Under the pieces are notes generated by a model. The model made no database searches. It was given only the letters and a program-made list of their open reading frames with translations, and had not been told where the DNA came from. Shown piece by piece: positions 29,026 through 39,040 of a stretch of DNA of 64,000 nt. The first letter of the stretch is position 1, and every line of letters starts with the position of its first letter. Both the position numbers and the translations under genes were made by a program. This DNA is from an uncultured bacterium (GTDB taxonomy: Bacteria > Bacillota_I > Bacilli_A > RFN20 > CAG-826): contig CASFCI010000008.1 of NCBI GenBank assembly GCA_949293175.1, positions 954 to 64,953 on the forward strand. Reading direction: 5' to 3'.

Positions 29026-30018
29026 TTATTGAACGGCGCTATTATGTCGATTGGGGCAGGTTATTTCAATAACCTGTTGGTAGCTATCGGGCAAAGGCGA
29101 GGTGAATGTCTTGCCGCTTAGCTTAGCTAGGGCTCCGGATAAATTGCCGAACACCAGCTTATAGGCATGCAGGAACTGCGAATCCAAGCCGGTCTTTAGC
29201 TCAATGGCCTTATTGAGCTTGAAGTCGCCGTATTTGTCGTCGCCGATTATCGGATGGCCGATGCAAGCGAAGTGGACGCGCAGCTGATGGGTGCGTCCGG
29301 TGCATAGCTTGGCCTCGACCAGGGTGAAGTCGCCATATCGTTCCTTAACCCGGTATTCGGTTATGGCGGTTTTGCCGCCGTTTTCGATTGATTGGGGGAA
29401 AGCGCGGCCCTTTTGCGGGTCTTTTCCAAGGGGGATGTCTATCCTTCCCTTGTCCTGCTCGAGGTCGCCTTTGACGAAGGTGAGGTAGTATTTCTCAATC
29501 TGCTTCCTCTCCTTGAATAGGTCGGTGAGCGCCTTTAGCCCGGCATCGGTCTTGCCGTAGCAGATAAGCCCGGATGTGTTCCGGTCGAGCCGGTGGGCGG
29601 GCGAGGGGACGAAGGAGGCGTTGCTCGGGTCGTATTCGCCCTTCATGTAAAGATAATCGAGCACGGCGTTGCCGAGCGTCTCCCGGCTTCCGGTCTTGTC
29701 GCCATACACCAGCACGCCCTTGGGCTTATCGACTATCAGGACGTTCTCGTCCTCATAGACTATGCGATATGGCAGCGGCTTGGCCGAGACCGGGCGCGGC
29801 TTATGGAAGTCCTCCAGCTGCTGGTCGGTGACGTAGATGCGCACCACGTCCCCCTCCTTCACCACCGCGTCCTTCCTGACCCAATGGCCGTTGATCTTGA
29901 TGTCCTTTTTCCGGAAGGCCTTGTATATATACCCTAGCGGGGCCTCGGATAGGAATTTCCTGACGAACTTCTCAATCTTCTGCCCCGAGGAGCTATGGTC
30001 CACCACTACTTCTTTCAT
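29026..30018 (-). CDS. RluA/RluC-family pseudouridine synthase with S4 domain
   Basis: HRLDRNTSG, TGRTHQLRVH, LHAY. Confidence 0.95.
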   Translation of the reverse strand: MKEVVVDHSSSGQKIEKFVRKFLSEAPLGYIYKAFRKKDIKINGHWVRKDAVVKEGDVVRIYVTDQQLEDFHKPRPVSAKPLPYRIVYEDENVLIVDKPKGVLVYGDKTGSRETLGNAVLDYLYMKGEYDPSNASFVPSPAHRLDRNTSGLICYGKTDAGLKALTDLFKERKQIEKYYLTFVKGDLEQDKGRIDIPLGKDPQKGRAFPQSIENGGKTAITEYRVKERYGDFTLVEAKLCTGRTHQLRVHFACIGHPIIGDDKYGDFKLNKAIELKTGLDSQFLHAYKLVFGNLSGALAKLSGKTFTSPLPDSYQQVIEITCPNRHNSAVQ

Positions 30019-30100
30019 GCGGCGCTATTCTAGCAAATGCAAAAAGCGATTGCACCTCGGTTGGCGTTAATCTATAATTCCTTTGCCTATCAAGGCAAAC

Positions 30101-30191
30101 GGAGGAATACCCAAGAGGCCGAAGGGGCGGGCTTGGAAAGCTCGTAGTCCCTTAACCGGGAGCTAGGGTTCGAATCCCTATTCCTCCGCCA
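30101..30191 (+). tRNA. tRNA-Ser (GGA)
   Basis: CGGGC-TTGGAAA-GCTCG anticodon arm, long variable arm, TTCGAAT, CCA. TATAAT upstream. Confidence 0.95.
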
Positions 30192-30580
30192 GCATGAGGC
30201 TATACGAACCCTGTACGTCGCTGTATGGGGTTCGTTTTGCATTGTGTCCCTCTCGAGCACGGCAAAAGGCGCCGTAAATATTAGGCAAACGGAAGGTTCA
30301 AAAAAGAAGTCCCATAGGGCCTTAAAACGGCGTTGGGAGCAGGCTTAATTGGCATGACCGATCCGATACCCCACAAACCGCAATCAAGATACTTAAAGTT
30401 CTAGGTGTAACAGTATTCGCTAAAGCAAAAACGCATTGGTGAATATCGCGGGTTGGCCGAAATAGCGAAGCTTGGATAATAAGAATTCTATATCTGCATT
30501 ACGATAAGCACCGATAAACTTAATACATGAATATATTCTGGAAGATTTCCGTGGCCTTCTAAACTCACGAGGTAGTTGCA

Positions 30581-31114
30581 ATGGCTGAGATAAAAATCAT
30601 AAACGCCGAAAACAAAAACGACATCAATATTCCGAATGAGCCTTTTCCGTTGTTTGGGAAGATCGTTCCCTCTTTTTCGAACGCAAAATGGAGCTACAAA
30701 TTCATTTCATACCCTAAAGAGCAAATCACGGAAATGTGCTTTCCGAATGAAAATTATGACTATGACGCTTTGCCCGACAACATCTTTATCGGCGCATATG
30801 ACGGCGATCATTGCATCGGATTGGCCGTTCTCCGCCCTGGCTTTTTTAAATATATGTATCTCTACGATTTAAAAGTAAGCCAAAAATATCGTGGTCGGCA
30901 TATCGGGAAAATGCTGATTGAAAAGGCCAAAGAAGTCGCTGCTGCCCAAGGTTATTGCGGGTTATATACACAAGGGCAAGACAATAATCCTGGGGCGTGC
31001 CTGTTCTATATGAGCGTTGGTTTTTACATCGGAGGATTGGATACAAACGTTTATCGGCATACGGAACAGGAAGGAAAATCAGATATGGTTTTCTATTGCG
31101 ATATCGCCCAATGA
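30581..31114 (+). CDS. GNAT acetyltransferase, streptothricin acetyltransferase (Sat)-like
   Basis: DINIPNEPFPLFGKIVP...W and QDNNPGACLFY...GFYIGGLDT..Y resemble Sat4/SatA (recalled). Lower GC than the flanks. Confidence 0.75.
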   Translation: MAEIKIINAENKNDINIPNEPFPLFGKIVPSFSNAKWSYKFISYPKEQITEMCFPNENYDYDALPDNIFIGAYDGDHCIGLAVLRPGFFKYMYLYDLKVSQKYRGRHIGKMLIEKAKEVAAAQGYCGLYTQGQDNNPGACLFYMSVGFYIGGLDTNVYRHTEQEGKSDMVFYCDIAQ

Positions 31115-31206
31115 TTAACCGGGCATAGTCTAGCAAGCTTCTAGGAAAAGACGATCGCACAAAGAGGAAAAACAACTTACAAGAACCGAATAAGGAGCGA
31201 TTAACC

Positions 31207-32127
31207 ATGCCACAGCATATAACCGTCGTAAATTATGACCCGGAATGGCCCTCGAAATATGCACGAGAGCGGGACTATATTGCCCAAATACTAAAAGACA
31301 ATTGCATTTCTATCTACCATATTGGCAGCACATCCGTTCCAGGGCTGGCCGCCAAGCCGATTATCGATATTATGGCTGTCGTTAGAAGTTTAGAAGAGGT
31401 GGATGGGGTTGCGGTAAAGTTTCAGGAGTTGGGTTACGAATATCTCGGGGAATTTGGCATAACTGGCCGACGCTATCTTCGCAAAGGCGGCGATGAGCGA
31501 ACCCATCAAATTCATATTTTCCAAGCGAACGATTGGAACAATATCAGCCGGCACCTTGCATTTCGCGATTATATGCGAACCCACGAAAAAGAGCGGGACG
31601 AATACGCAAAAATCAAGATAGGCCTTGCGCAAGAGTTCCCCAATGACATAGGTGGATATTGTGATGGGAAAGGGGATTTTGTTCACAAGATCGAAGAGCA
31701 AGCGCTTGCTCAATACGATGGGGCGTGGGACAAATTGTATATTGCCGCAAGGAAAGCGCAGCATGAAAGAAAGCTCTCTCCGCTGATTGAGGCAGGGGGC
31801 GTTTCCGCCGCAGTTCTTTCGGCAAAAGGGAATATCTATACCGGGGTTTGCATTGACACAGCCTGTTCGTTGGGAATGTGTGCGGAAAGAAACGCGATTG
31901 CGAATATGATAACAAACGGAGAGAGCCAAATCGCAAAAATAGTCGCTGTCATGCCGGATGGAAAGGCGGGTATGCCATGTGGGGCTTGCCGAGAATTTAT
32001 GATGCAGTTGGATAAAACAGCAGGCGAAATAGAAATTTTGAGCGACTATGAAACGAAAAAGACGATACGCTTAAAATCTTTAACTCCAGAATGGTGGAGC
32101 AAAGACCAAATGGAAATGAACGAATAA
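31207..32127 (+). CDS. GrpB/UPF0157 domain fused to a cytidine-deaminase-family domain
   Basis: HIGSTSVPGLAAKPIIDI and HLAFRDY (GrpB). CAERNAI and PCGACRE (tetrameric CDA Zn motifs). Confidence 0.88.
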   Translation: MPQHITVVNYDPEWPSKYARERDYIAQILKDNCISIYHIGSTSVPGLAAKPIIDIMAVVRSLEEVDGVAVKFQELGYEYLGEFGITGRRYLRKGGDERTHQIHIFQANDWNNISRHLAFRDYMRTHEKERDEYAKIKIGLAQEFPNDIGGYCDGKGDFVHKIEEQALAQYDGAWDKLYIAARKAQHERKLSPLIEAGGVSAAVLSAKGNIYTGVCIDTACSLGMCAERNAIANMITNGESQIAKIVAVMPDGKAGMPCGACREFMMQLDKTAGEIEILSDYETKKTIRLKSLTPEWWSKDQMEMNE

Positions 32128-32279
32128 TGGTCATTGCATTGAAAGAATTCATTTCGATGATTAAGGAAAGCCAAAAACCCAAAGCAGAATAAAATACTAC
32201 CCCCAATCCTTTAGCGCTTGAGCAACTTCCTTTTCCAATTGCGCATATCCCAATACAATTCAGGAAAAGGAGAAACCAT

Positions 32280-33911
32280 ATGCGCTACATAATCGTGGGC
32301 GGAGTGGCTGCCGGGGCCACCTTCGCCACCAGACTACGCCGCCTAGACGAAGAAACCGAAATCGTCATCTACGAGAAGACCGGCTACATATCCTATGCCA
32401 CCTGCGGGCTTCCATATTACATAGGCGGGGCCATCAAGGACCGGGGAGCATTGACCATCGAGACGCCAGAGCACATGAAGGCCCGCTACAACGTCTTGGC
32501 CTTCGTGAACCACGAGGTCACTAGAATTGACAAGGTAAATAAGACGATCGAGGTGAAGGACCTCCGCGACGGGACCGTCAAGGTCGACCATTACGACAGG
32601 CTCATCCTCTGCCCCGGGGCCGCCTCGATAAAGGTTGCGCCCGAGGAAGGCAGGGTTTTCGGCCTCCGCAGCATCGAGGACGCCGACCGGATGCTTTCCT
32701 TCATAGGAAGCAAAAGGCCCCGCTCCGCCATCGTGGTAGGCGGGGGCTTCATCGGGCTCGAGACCTTGGAGAACCTCGCGATGCGCGGCATCGAGGTCAC
32801 CCTAATCGAGGGCTCACGTCACATCCTGCCCAACCTCGACGAGGACATGGCTAAAATCCCCGAAGGCATGATGCGCCAAGCCGGGATCAAGGTGCTGACC
32901 GGGGTCAGGGTCAACGAGATAAGCCAAGACGCCGCCTCGGTCACCGCCCACACCGACCTCGGCGACCTAAAAGCCGACATGCTGGTGCAGTCGATCGGGG
33001 TCCGCCCCGCTTCCGCTTTGGCCAAGGACTCATTGATGGGCATCGAGGAGAAGGGATCGATCAAGGTCGATGGGCTGCAGGAGGTCGAGAAGGACGTCTA
33101 TGCCCTCGGCGACGTCGCCAGCCGGCCGGACTTCTTCTCCGACAATCGGGCCTATGTCGCTTTGGCGGGACTAGCCAACAAAGACGCCAGGTCGCTCGCC
33201 ACCCATCTGGCCCTAGGCGAGCAGCAAGGGGCCATGAAGCCGCTTGGGACCTCGATACTGAAGCTATTCAACCTCGCCATCGGCTCGGTCGGCCTGACCG
33301 AGGCCAAGGCCAAGGCGCTGGGGAAAGAATATGGGAAGGCCTACCTAAGCGCCGCCAACCACGCGACCTATTACCCCGGTGCTGGCGAACTGCTGATCAA
33401 GGCGCTATTCGACAAAAATACCGGCGAGATACTCGGGGCGCAGATCATCGGCGGGGAGGGCGTCGACAAGCGGATCGACGTGCTTTCGCTATCCATCCGC
33501 CACCACCTGACCTACAAAGATCTAAAGAACGAGGAGCTCAGCTACGCCCCGCCGTTTGGGGCGGTGCGCGACCCGATAAACGCCCTGGGCTGCCTGATCG
33601 AGGACCTCTTCAAGGGGCTATCGACCCAGGTCTACCCCGAGGACGTCGAGGCGCTACTGAAGACCAACGTACAGGTAGTTGACGTCAGGACCCCAATGGA
33701 GTTCGGCGCAGGCCACATCGAGGGGGCGGCCAACATCCCGGTCGACGAGCTCCGCGCTCGGAAGAGCGAAATAGACAAATCCAGGCCGGTGCTCCTCATC
33801 TGCCATAGCGGGCTGCGCAGCTACGTGGCGATGAGGGTGCTTAAGCAATATGGCTACGATTGCTCCCACCTCGCCGGGGGATGGCGCTTCTACAAGGCGT
33901 TCGGGCACTAA
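32280..33911 (+). CDS. CoA-disulfide reductase-like flavoprotein with C-terminal rhodanese domain
   Basis: GGVAAG, SYATCGLPY, GGGFIGLE, YAPPF, DVR...HIEGA...CHSGLRS. Confidence 0.93.
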   Translation: MRYIIVGGVAAGATFATRLRRLDEETEIVIYEKTGYISYATCGLPYYIGGAIKDRGALTIETPEHMKARYNVLAFVNHEVTRIDKVNKTIEVKDLRDGTVKVDHYDRLILCPGAASIKVAPEEGRVFGLRSIEDADRMLSFIGSKRPRSAIVVGGGFIGLETLENLAMRGIEVTLIEGSRHILPNLDEDMAKIPEGMMRQAGIKVLTGVRVNEISQDAASVTAHTDLGDLKADMLVQSIGVRPASALAKDSLMGIEEKGSIKVDGLQEVEKDVYALGDVASRPDFFSDNRAYVALAGLANKDARSLATHLALGEQQGAMKPLGTSILKLFNLAIGSVGLTEAKAKALGKEYGKAYLSAANHATYYPGAGELLIKALFDKNTGEILGAQIIGGEGVDKRIDVLSLSIRHHLTYKDLKNEELSYAPPFGAVRDPINALGCLIEDLFKGLSTQVYPEDVEALLKTNVQVVDVRTPMEFGAGHIEGAANIPVDELRARKSEIDKSRPVLLICHSGLRSYVAMRVLKQYGYDCSHLAGGWRFYKAFGH

Positions 33912-34052
33912 AAAAGGCGCAAGGTTTAAATAAACTGGACCCCGTAAATCGGAGTCCTAAATAAAAAGGTGTCCCAAAACGCGGCCTTCAATGTTAGTGG
34001 CGCCTCAACGGCTATTTGCGAAGCTTCTCGGCCAAAAAATGCATGCAGGCTG

Positions 34053-35351
34053 CTATTCCGCCTTCAGCCAAAGCGGTTCGCTTATCTCGATCCCGCCTTT
34101 GTCAAGATTGGCAAAACCGGCCCCGCCAAGCAAGTCGACATAATTTCCCTTAGGCAAAACGCCTTCCGGCAATGGCAAAGGATTGCCTGAGAAATTGAAG
34201 ACGCCCCACTCGCTATATCCCTCGAAGCGGTTCTCAACGACGAATAGCTCACCTTTGGAATCGGGGAAAAGAGATTCGCGAAGCTTTTCGTTTTCCTTCC
34301 TCCTCTTTAAGCTGATGAGCTTGGATACGTATTCAAGCGTCTCCTCCTTCCCCAAAGGCGCCCAATCCACTTTGTCGGAATCGAACAAAGAGGGCTGATG
34401 GGCAACCCCATATTCCTCCCCGGCATAGACGAAAGCCGGCCCTTTGGTGAAGAAGGAAAAGGCCAATAGGCCATGGTGGCGGGCATCGCCAAGCGAATAG
34501 GAGGCGAGGCGGCGCTGATCGTGGTTTTCCAAGGCCCGGGTTATATAGGAAAGGGAAGAGGGGATGGCCGCCTCCTCCAGGATGCAGGCCGCCCGGTAAG
34601 AGGCAAGATCCTCCTTCCGCCCATAGGCTAGGTAGTCGCGGAGCCAGGGGAAGGAGAAATAGGAATAGAAAAGGGAGAAGCCATTTAGCGACAAGACGGC
34701 GTTGCAGGTCGCGTTATAGCCAGCCGACCTCGCCTCCAAGGCGAAAGAGCCCTCGATGGATTCGGCCAGCAGAATGACATCCCTATTGGGGTAGCGCGTC
34801 TCCAAATGGCTTTTAAGCGAAGCGAAGAAGGAGGCGGGTATCAAGGAGGCGACGTCGAAGCGGAACCCATCCGCCCCAGCGTCGAGGAATAGATCCAATA
34901 TCCCAAGAAGGTAGTCGATGAGCCCGGGCGCGCCATAATCGAGGTCATAGACGTCGGACCAGTCGCCGATTTTGTTGCCAAGCTCGCCATTAGGCCCGCG
35001 GTAATAAAATTCGGGGCGGGCGGAAAGAAGGACGCTATCGCGCGAGGTGTGGTTAAACACCTGGTCGACGATGACCTTGAGCCCCTTTTCGTGTGCCTCG
35101 GCAACAAGCAGGCGGAAATCGTCCCAGTCGCCAAGTTCTGGATTGATTTTCGAATAATCGGAGATGGCATAAGGCGAGCCGAGGCTCCCCTTCCTTCCCT
35201 TCACCCCGATTGGCTGAACCGGCATGAGGTAAAGGATATCTGCCCCTAGCCCCTTAATCCTGTCCAAATCGCCAACGAGGGCTTTCAAAGTCCCCTCCTC
35301 CGTGTGGTTCCTCACGAAAACCTGGTAAATGACCTTATCGGCGTATTCCAT
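34053..35351 (-). CDS. GH13 alpha-amylase-family glycoside hydrolase
   Basis: DQVFNH, DGFRFDVA, LAES, ENHD catalytic regions. Confidence 0.92.
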   Translation of the reverse strand: MEYADKVIYQVFVRNHTEEGTLKALVGDLDRIKGLGADILYLMPVQPIGVKGRKGSLGSPYAISDYSKINPELGDWDDFRLLVAEAHEKGLKVIVDQVFNHTSRDSVLLSARPEFYYRGPNGELGNKIGDWSDVYDLDYGAPGLIDYLLGILDLFLDAGADGFRFDVASLIPASFFASLKSHLETRYPNRDVILLAESIEGSFALEARSAGYNATCNAVLSLNGFSLFYSYFSFPWLRDYLAYGRKEDLASYRAACILEEAAIPSSLSYITRALENHDQRRLASYSLGDARHHGLLAFSFFTKGPAFVYAGEEYGVAHQPSLFDSDKVDWAPLGKEETLEYVSKLISLKRRKENEKLRESLFPDSKGELFVVENRFEGYSEWGVFNFSGNPLPLPEGVLPKGNYVDLLGGAGFANLDKGGIEISEPLWLKAE

Positions 35352-35499
35352 CGCTTATTCCCTCCATTTTCACAAGCCCACTATAGCAAAAAGAAGGCAA
35401 GGCATCTGCTCCAATCGTCCTTTGGTTTTATGCGTTTTGCCCGCAAAAACGGGAAAAGGGCCGCAAAAACGGCCCTTAGAGATTGATATTCGCCTTTAA

Positions 35500-37926
35500 T
35501 CAAGCGGCCCAATTGACCGAAATGGAGACTCCCTCTTTATACGAATAAGCCCAATCGTCGTCCCATCCTTCCGGCTTGCTTTGCACTAAGCAGGAAATGG
35601 AAAGATCGACCCGGTTTTGGTTGAAAACGAGCTCGCCCATGGTTAGGACGCTGGAAGGAATGGTGATTTGGCTTAGCGAGGCGCCGGAGAAGGCTTGATC
35701 GCCGATTGAAACGAGGCTAAGGCAGTCGCCAAGGTTAGCCGAGGTGAGGGAGGCACAGGAGGAAAAGCCGCCTTCCCCGATGCTTTGAAGCGATTCGGGC
35801 AAGCTAAGAGAAGAGACCCTAAGCTGGGCGAAGCTACGCGACCCGACGTAGCTTAGACTCGATGGCAAGGAAAGGGTGGCGACCGACTTGGCCCGGCTGG
35901 GGAAAAGCGAGGCGTCATTCCCATCGGCTGCCCCAATCGTCCCCTCTTTGACGGCGAATTCGGTGATTTTGACGTTTTCGACCGCCAAAAGCCAGTTGTC
36001 GAGGTAAAGGCCATTTCCCTCCCAATTGGCGGTATCCTTATAAAGCGCGGTCCCGGAGAAGACCCCATAGCCGATTCGGTTAACGGAAGAGGGGATGTTG
36101 GCGGTCTTTAAGCTGGATAGCGAGCTGAAAGCCCCGCCCCCAATGAAAAGCAAACCATCGGGAAGGGTTATGGATTCAAGCTTCTTGCCGTTGTTCGCGA
36201 AGGCTTTCTCGGCGATGGCGATGGTCCCGGGCTTAACCGAATAGGAGGAAACCGCGGCGAACTCGGCGTTGGTGGCAACCAAATACGAATCGACGTAAAG
36301 GACGCCCGAATCCCAGGAAGAAGGATCGTTGTAGTAGCCGGTCCCATAAAAGGCGGTGCTTTCTATGGCGATGGCTTGACTAGGCATGGTGATGGAATAA
36401 AGGGAGGAGCAGCCGCTGAAGACGTAGCTTCCTAGCTCTAGAAGCGAATCGGGCAATGAGATGGAGGAAAGCAAGGCGCAGTTTTCAAAGGCCATGTCGC
36501 CAAGGCTAGTGACTTGTTTGAGATCGACTTCGGCAAGGCTAAGGCAATCCTTGAAGGCATAGGACCAGATTTCCTTTAGTGAAGAGGGGGCGGAAAGGCT
36601 TTCCAATCCGGAGCCGGAAAAAGCCTCGAGCCTAATTTGGACCAAGGTCTTGGGAAGCTCGATGGAACGAAGGGAAGCGCAGCCCTCAAAGGCATAATCC
36701 GGGATGACGGTGATGCCAGAGGGCAAATCGACCTCTTCCAATAAAGCGCAGCCGGAGCACATCCGATAGCCAAGGGATACGCCATCTGGGATCGAAAGCT
36801 TCCTAAGGTAGTGGTTGTCGCGGAAAAGGTCTTGCCCTATTTGCTTAACGGCCTGCCCATTTACTTCTGAGGGGATAATGACCTCGGAATTGGTTTCGCT
36901 TATCCCTTCCACCGCGGTCAAGGTGCCGGAACCGTCGACTGTAAAGGTTATCCCAGCCGGCTCATTTTCCTCCCATTTGGCGTAGAGGGTTATGTCCTCG
37001 GTTATTTCCAATGGGAAGCTGGCTTTGGAGGAAAATGATTCGTCGAAATACCAGCCAAGGAAGGTGTAGCCCTTTTTTGTCGGGATGGGTTCGGTCTCGA
37101 TGCGGCCGGTCTTAAGATCGGATACCCCAGTCCCTCCATCGAGTTCAAAGTGGACGTCGTAGGCGTTCTTCTCCCATTTGGCGTAGAGGGTTATGTCCTC
37201 GGTTATTTCCAATGGGAAGCTGGCTTTGGAGGAAAATGATTCGTCGAAATACCAGCCACGGAAGGTATAACCTTTCCTCGAGGTCTCCGGCTCATCCTCG
37301 ATTTTGGAGGTTACGATAGGCTCAACTGGCGTTCCCCCATTGGAGACGAAACTCACCTGGTATTCCTCGGGGATGTCCTCAATAAAGGTGTAATAGGCGT
37401 AGACGCTCACATCAGCTTCCAAAGGAAGGTTTTCATAGGTATTCGGATAAAGCCGGTTTTCGAAAGTCCCATCATCGAAATACCAACCCTTGAACTCATA
37501 ATTGTCCTTATTAGGGGCCTCGGGAAGGGAAAGAAGCTCGTTGCCGGCGGTAAGAAGGCTCGAATAAAGTTCCCCGTCGACAAAGAAGAGGATGGTGAAT
37601 TCCTCGGGGGCGGGTTCTTCCTTGGCTAGGTAATAGGCGAAGCTGTCGAGGTCGCCATCGATATCGTGGGATAGGAAATAATCCTCGGTCAGCCGCTGTT
37701 GCCAAACGCCCTCATCCAAATACCATCCCTTGAATTCCGCATCTTCCTTTTCCGGGGCTATGGGCAATTCAATGGTCTCGTTGCCCTTTGTCTTCAAGCT
37801 GCTTATAAACGTGTCCCCATCATAAAACGAGATGGTGTATTCGATCTTGGAACTGTATTCCCGGCATGAGGCAAGCATGATAGCCGCCAAAGCGCATATT
37901 CCCATTAACCGGATTTCCTTTTTCAT
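35500..37926 (-). CDS. Lipoprotein with four InlB-B/Listeria-Bacteroides repeats and BspA-type leucine-rich repeats
   Basis: Lipobox MLASC. Four P..K.GY.F.GWY.D...LYAKW-like units. Many LP.SL..IG..AF..C..L repeats. Confidence 0.92.
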   Translation of the reverse strand: MKKEIRLMGICALAAIMLASCREYSSKIEYTISFYDGDTFISSLKTKGNETIELPIAPEKEDAEFKGWYLDEGVWQQRLTEDYFLSHDIDGDLDSFAYYLAKEEPAPEEFTILFFVDGELYSSLLTAGNELLSLPEAPNKDNYEFKGWYFDDGTFENRLYPNTYENLPLEADVSVYAYYTFIEDIPEEYQVSFVSNGGTPVEPIVTSKIEDEPETSRKGYTFRGWYFDESFSSKASFPLEITEDITLYAKWEKNAYDVHFELDGGTGVSDLKTGRIETEPIPTKKGYTFLGWYFDESFSSKASFPLEITEDITLYAKWEENEPAGITFTVDGSGTLTAVEGISETNSEVIIPSEVNGQAVKQIGQDLFRDNHYLRKLSIPDGVSLGYRMCSGCALLEEVDLPSGITVIPDYAFEGCASLRSIELPKTLVQIRLEAFSGSGLESLSAPSSLKEIWSYAFKDCLSLAEVDLKQVTSLGDMAFENCALLSSISLPDSLLELGSYVFSGCSSLYSITMPSQAIAIESTAFYGTGYYNDPSSWDSGVLYVDSYLVATNAEFAAVSSYSVKPGTIAIAEKAFANNGKKLESITLPDGLLFIGGGAFSSLSSLKTANIPSSVNRIGYGVFSGTALYKDTANWEGNGLYLDNWLLAVENVKITEFAVKEGTIGAADGNDASLFPSRAKSVATLSLPSSLSYVGSRSFAQLRVSSLSLPESLQSIGEGGFSSCASLTSANLGDCLSLVSIGDQAFSGASLSQITIPSSVLTMGELVFNQNRVDLSISCLVQSKPEGWDDDWAYSYKEGVSISVNWAA
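36970..37258. repeat. Exact 88-bp direct repeat, 201-bp period (36970-37057 and 37171-37258)
   Basis: ctcccatttggcgtagagg...gaaataccagcca is present twice and encodes GWYFDESFSSKASFPLEITEDITLYAKWE. Confidence 0.9.
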
Positions 37927-38097
37927 AACTCGCCTCCTGAAAAGCCCACATACTATATAACAAGAGGGAAAAGAAAAACACTAAATGCGCTTTTGCAGGG
38001 CATTTAAGGGCTTTTTGACCCGGAAAAATCTGAAAAACCCCGCTTAAAGGCACTAAAAAAGGCCGCTTGGGATTCCCCAGGCGGCTGTTCTTATGGC

Positions 38098-38616
38098 CTA
38101 TTCGGCGTATTTGACGCGGGTGAGGTCCTTCTCCGGGACGACGGGCTCGCCATCCTCATAGCCGAGGCAGCAATGGCCGATGCCGATGTAGTCCCCCTCG
38201 ATGCCGAGCTTCTTGAGGATGGCCTTGCCCTCCTCCGACTCAAGCTCCTCCTTGCCGCGATGGACCCAGATGTTGCCTAGCCCTAGCTCAGTGGCCTCAA
38301 GCAGCATATACCCGAGGCACAGCGACCCGTCGTAGACGGCGGTGTGGGCCGAGGCGTCGACGTAGACCAAGGCGACGGCCGGGGCGCCGTAGAAGGGATC
38401 GATGCCCTCGCGTCCCATGATCTTGGCGTTGAGGCGGGACAGTTCGTCGCGGATCTCCTTGTTGGCGATCATGAGGATGTGGACCTTCTGCGAGTTGGAG
38501 CCGGTCGGGGCCAATAGCCCGGCCTCGACGACCTTCTGCAGCTTCTCCTTCTCCACCATCTTCGGCAGGAACTTGCGGCAGCTGTGGCGCGCTTTGATGC
38601 AATCGAATGTATTCAT
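38098..38616 (-). CDS. Nitroreductase-family protein
   Basis: IKARHSCRKF, APTGSNSQ, ATELGLG. Confidence 0.92.
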   Translation of the reverse strand: MNTFDCIKARHSCRKFLPKMVEKEKLQKVVEAGLLAPTGSNSQKVHILMIANKEIRDELSRLNAKIMGREGIDPFYGAPAVALVYVDASAHTAVYDGSLCLGYMLLEATELGLGNIWVHRGKEELESEEGKAILKKLGIEGDYIGIGHCCLGYEDGEPVVPEKDLTRVKYAE

Positions 38617-38656
38617 GTTTTACCTCCAAAAAAAGCCGGGCGAACCCAGCTTATCG

Positions 38657-39022
38657 TCATTTGGCTTGATTATCCTCAGCCTTTGCTTGCTCAACCGGGG
38701 CCACCCCAAGGCGCTGGGCGCGGCGAAGGGCGCGCTCGGCATCGCGGTCGCCCTCCCTGGCGAAGACGGCCAGGCAGATGACGGCTAGCAGGCTGCCGAT
38801 GAGGAAGAGGATGAGGCCGAAGGTCCGATAGCTTAGCCCGGACCAGTTGGACAGCCACATCGGCTCGGAGTAGAGGATCCAGTTGTCGGAATAAACGACC
38901 GGGAGATGGTCCCCCACTATCCCGAGGATCAGGAAGAACAGACCCGCGAGTGCAATGAAACCGGAGATGCTGTACCAGACGATCTCCTTCTTGGAAAGTT
39001 TCTTCTTGCTGCTTGTCTGCAT
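38657..39022 (-). CDS. Hypothetical 2-TM membrane protein
   Basis: Two hydrophobic helices, AGGAG RBS. Confidence 0.75.
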   Translation of the reverse strand: MQTSSKKKLSKKEIVWYSISGFIALAGLFFLILGIVGDHLPVVYSDNWILYSEPMWLSNWSGLSYRTFGLILFLIGSLLAVICLAVFAREGDRDAERALRRAQRLGVAPVEQAKAEDNQAK

Positions 39023-39040
39023 AAATATCTCCTATGACTA

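Noticed and set aside
30340..30440. Possible decayed HTH gene remnant (GMTDP / TPQTAIKILKVLG in different frames)
   Set aside because: Too short and frameshifted to support without a search.
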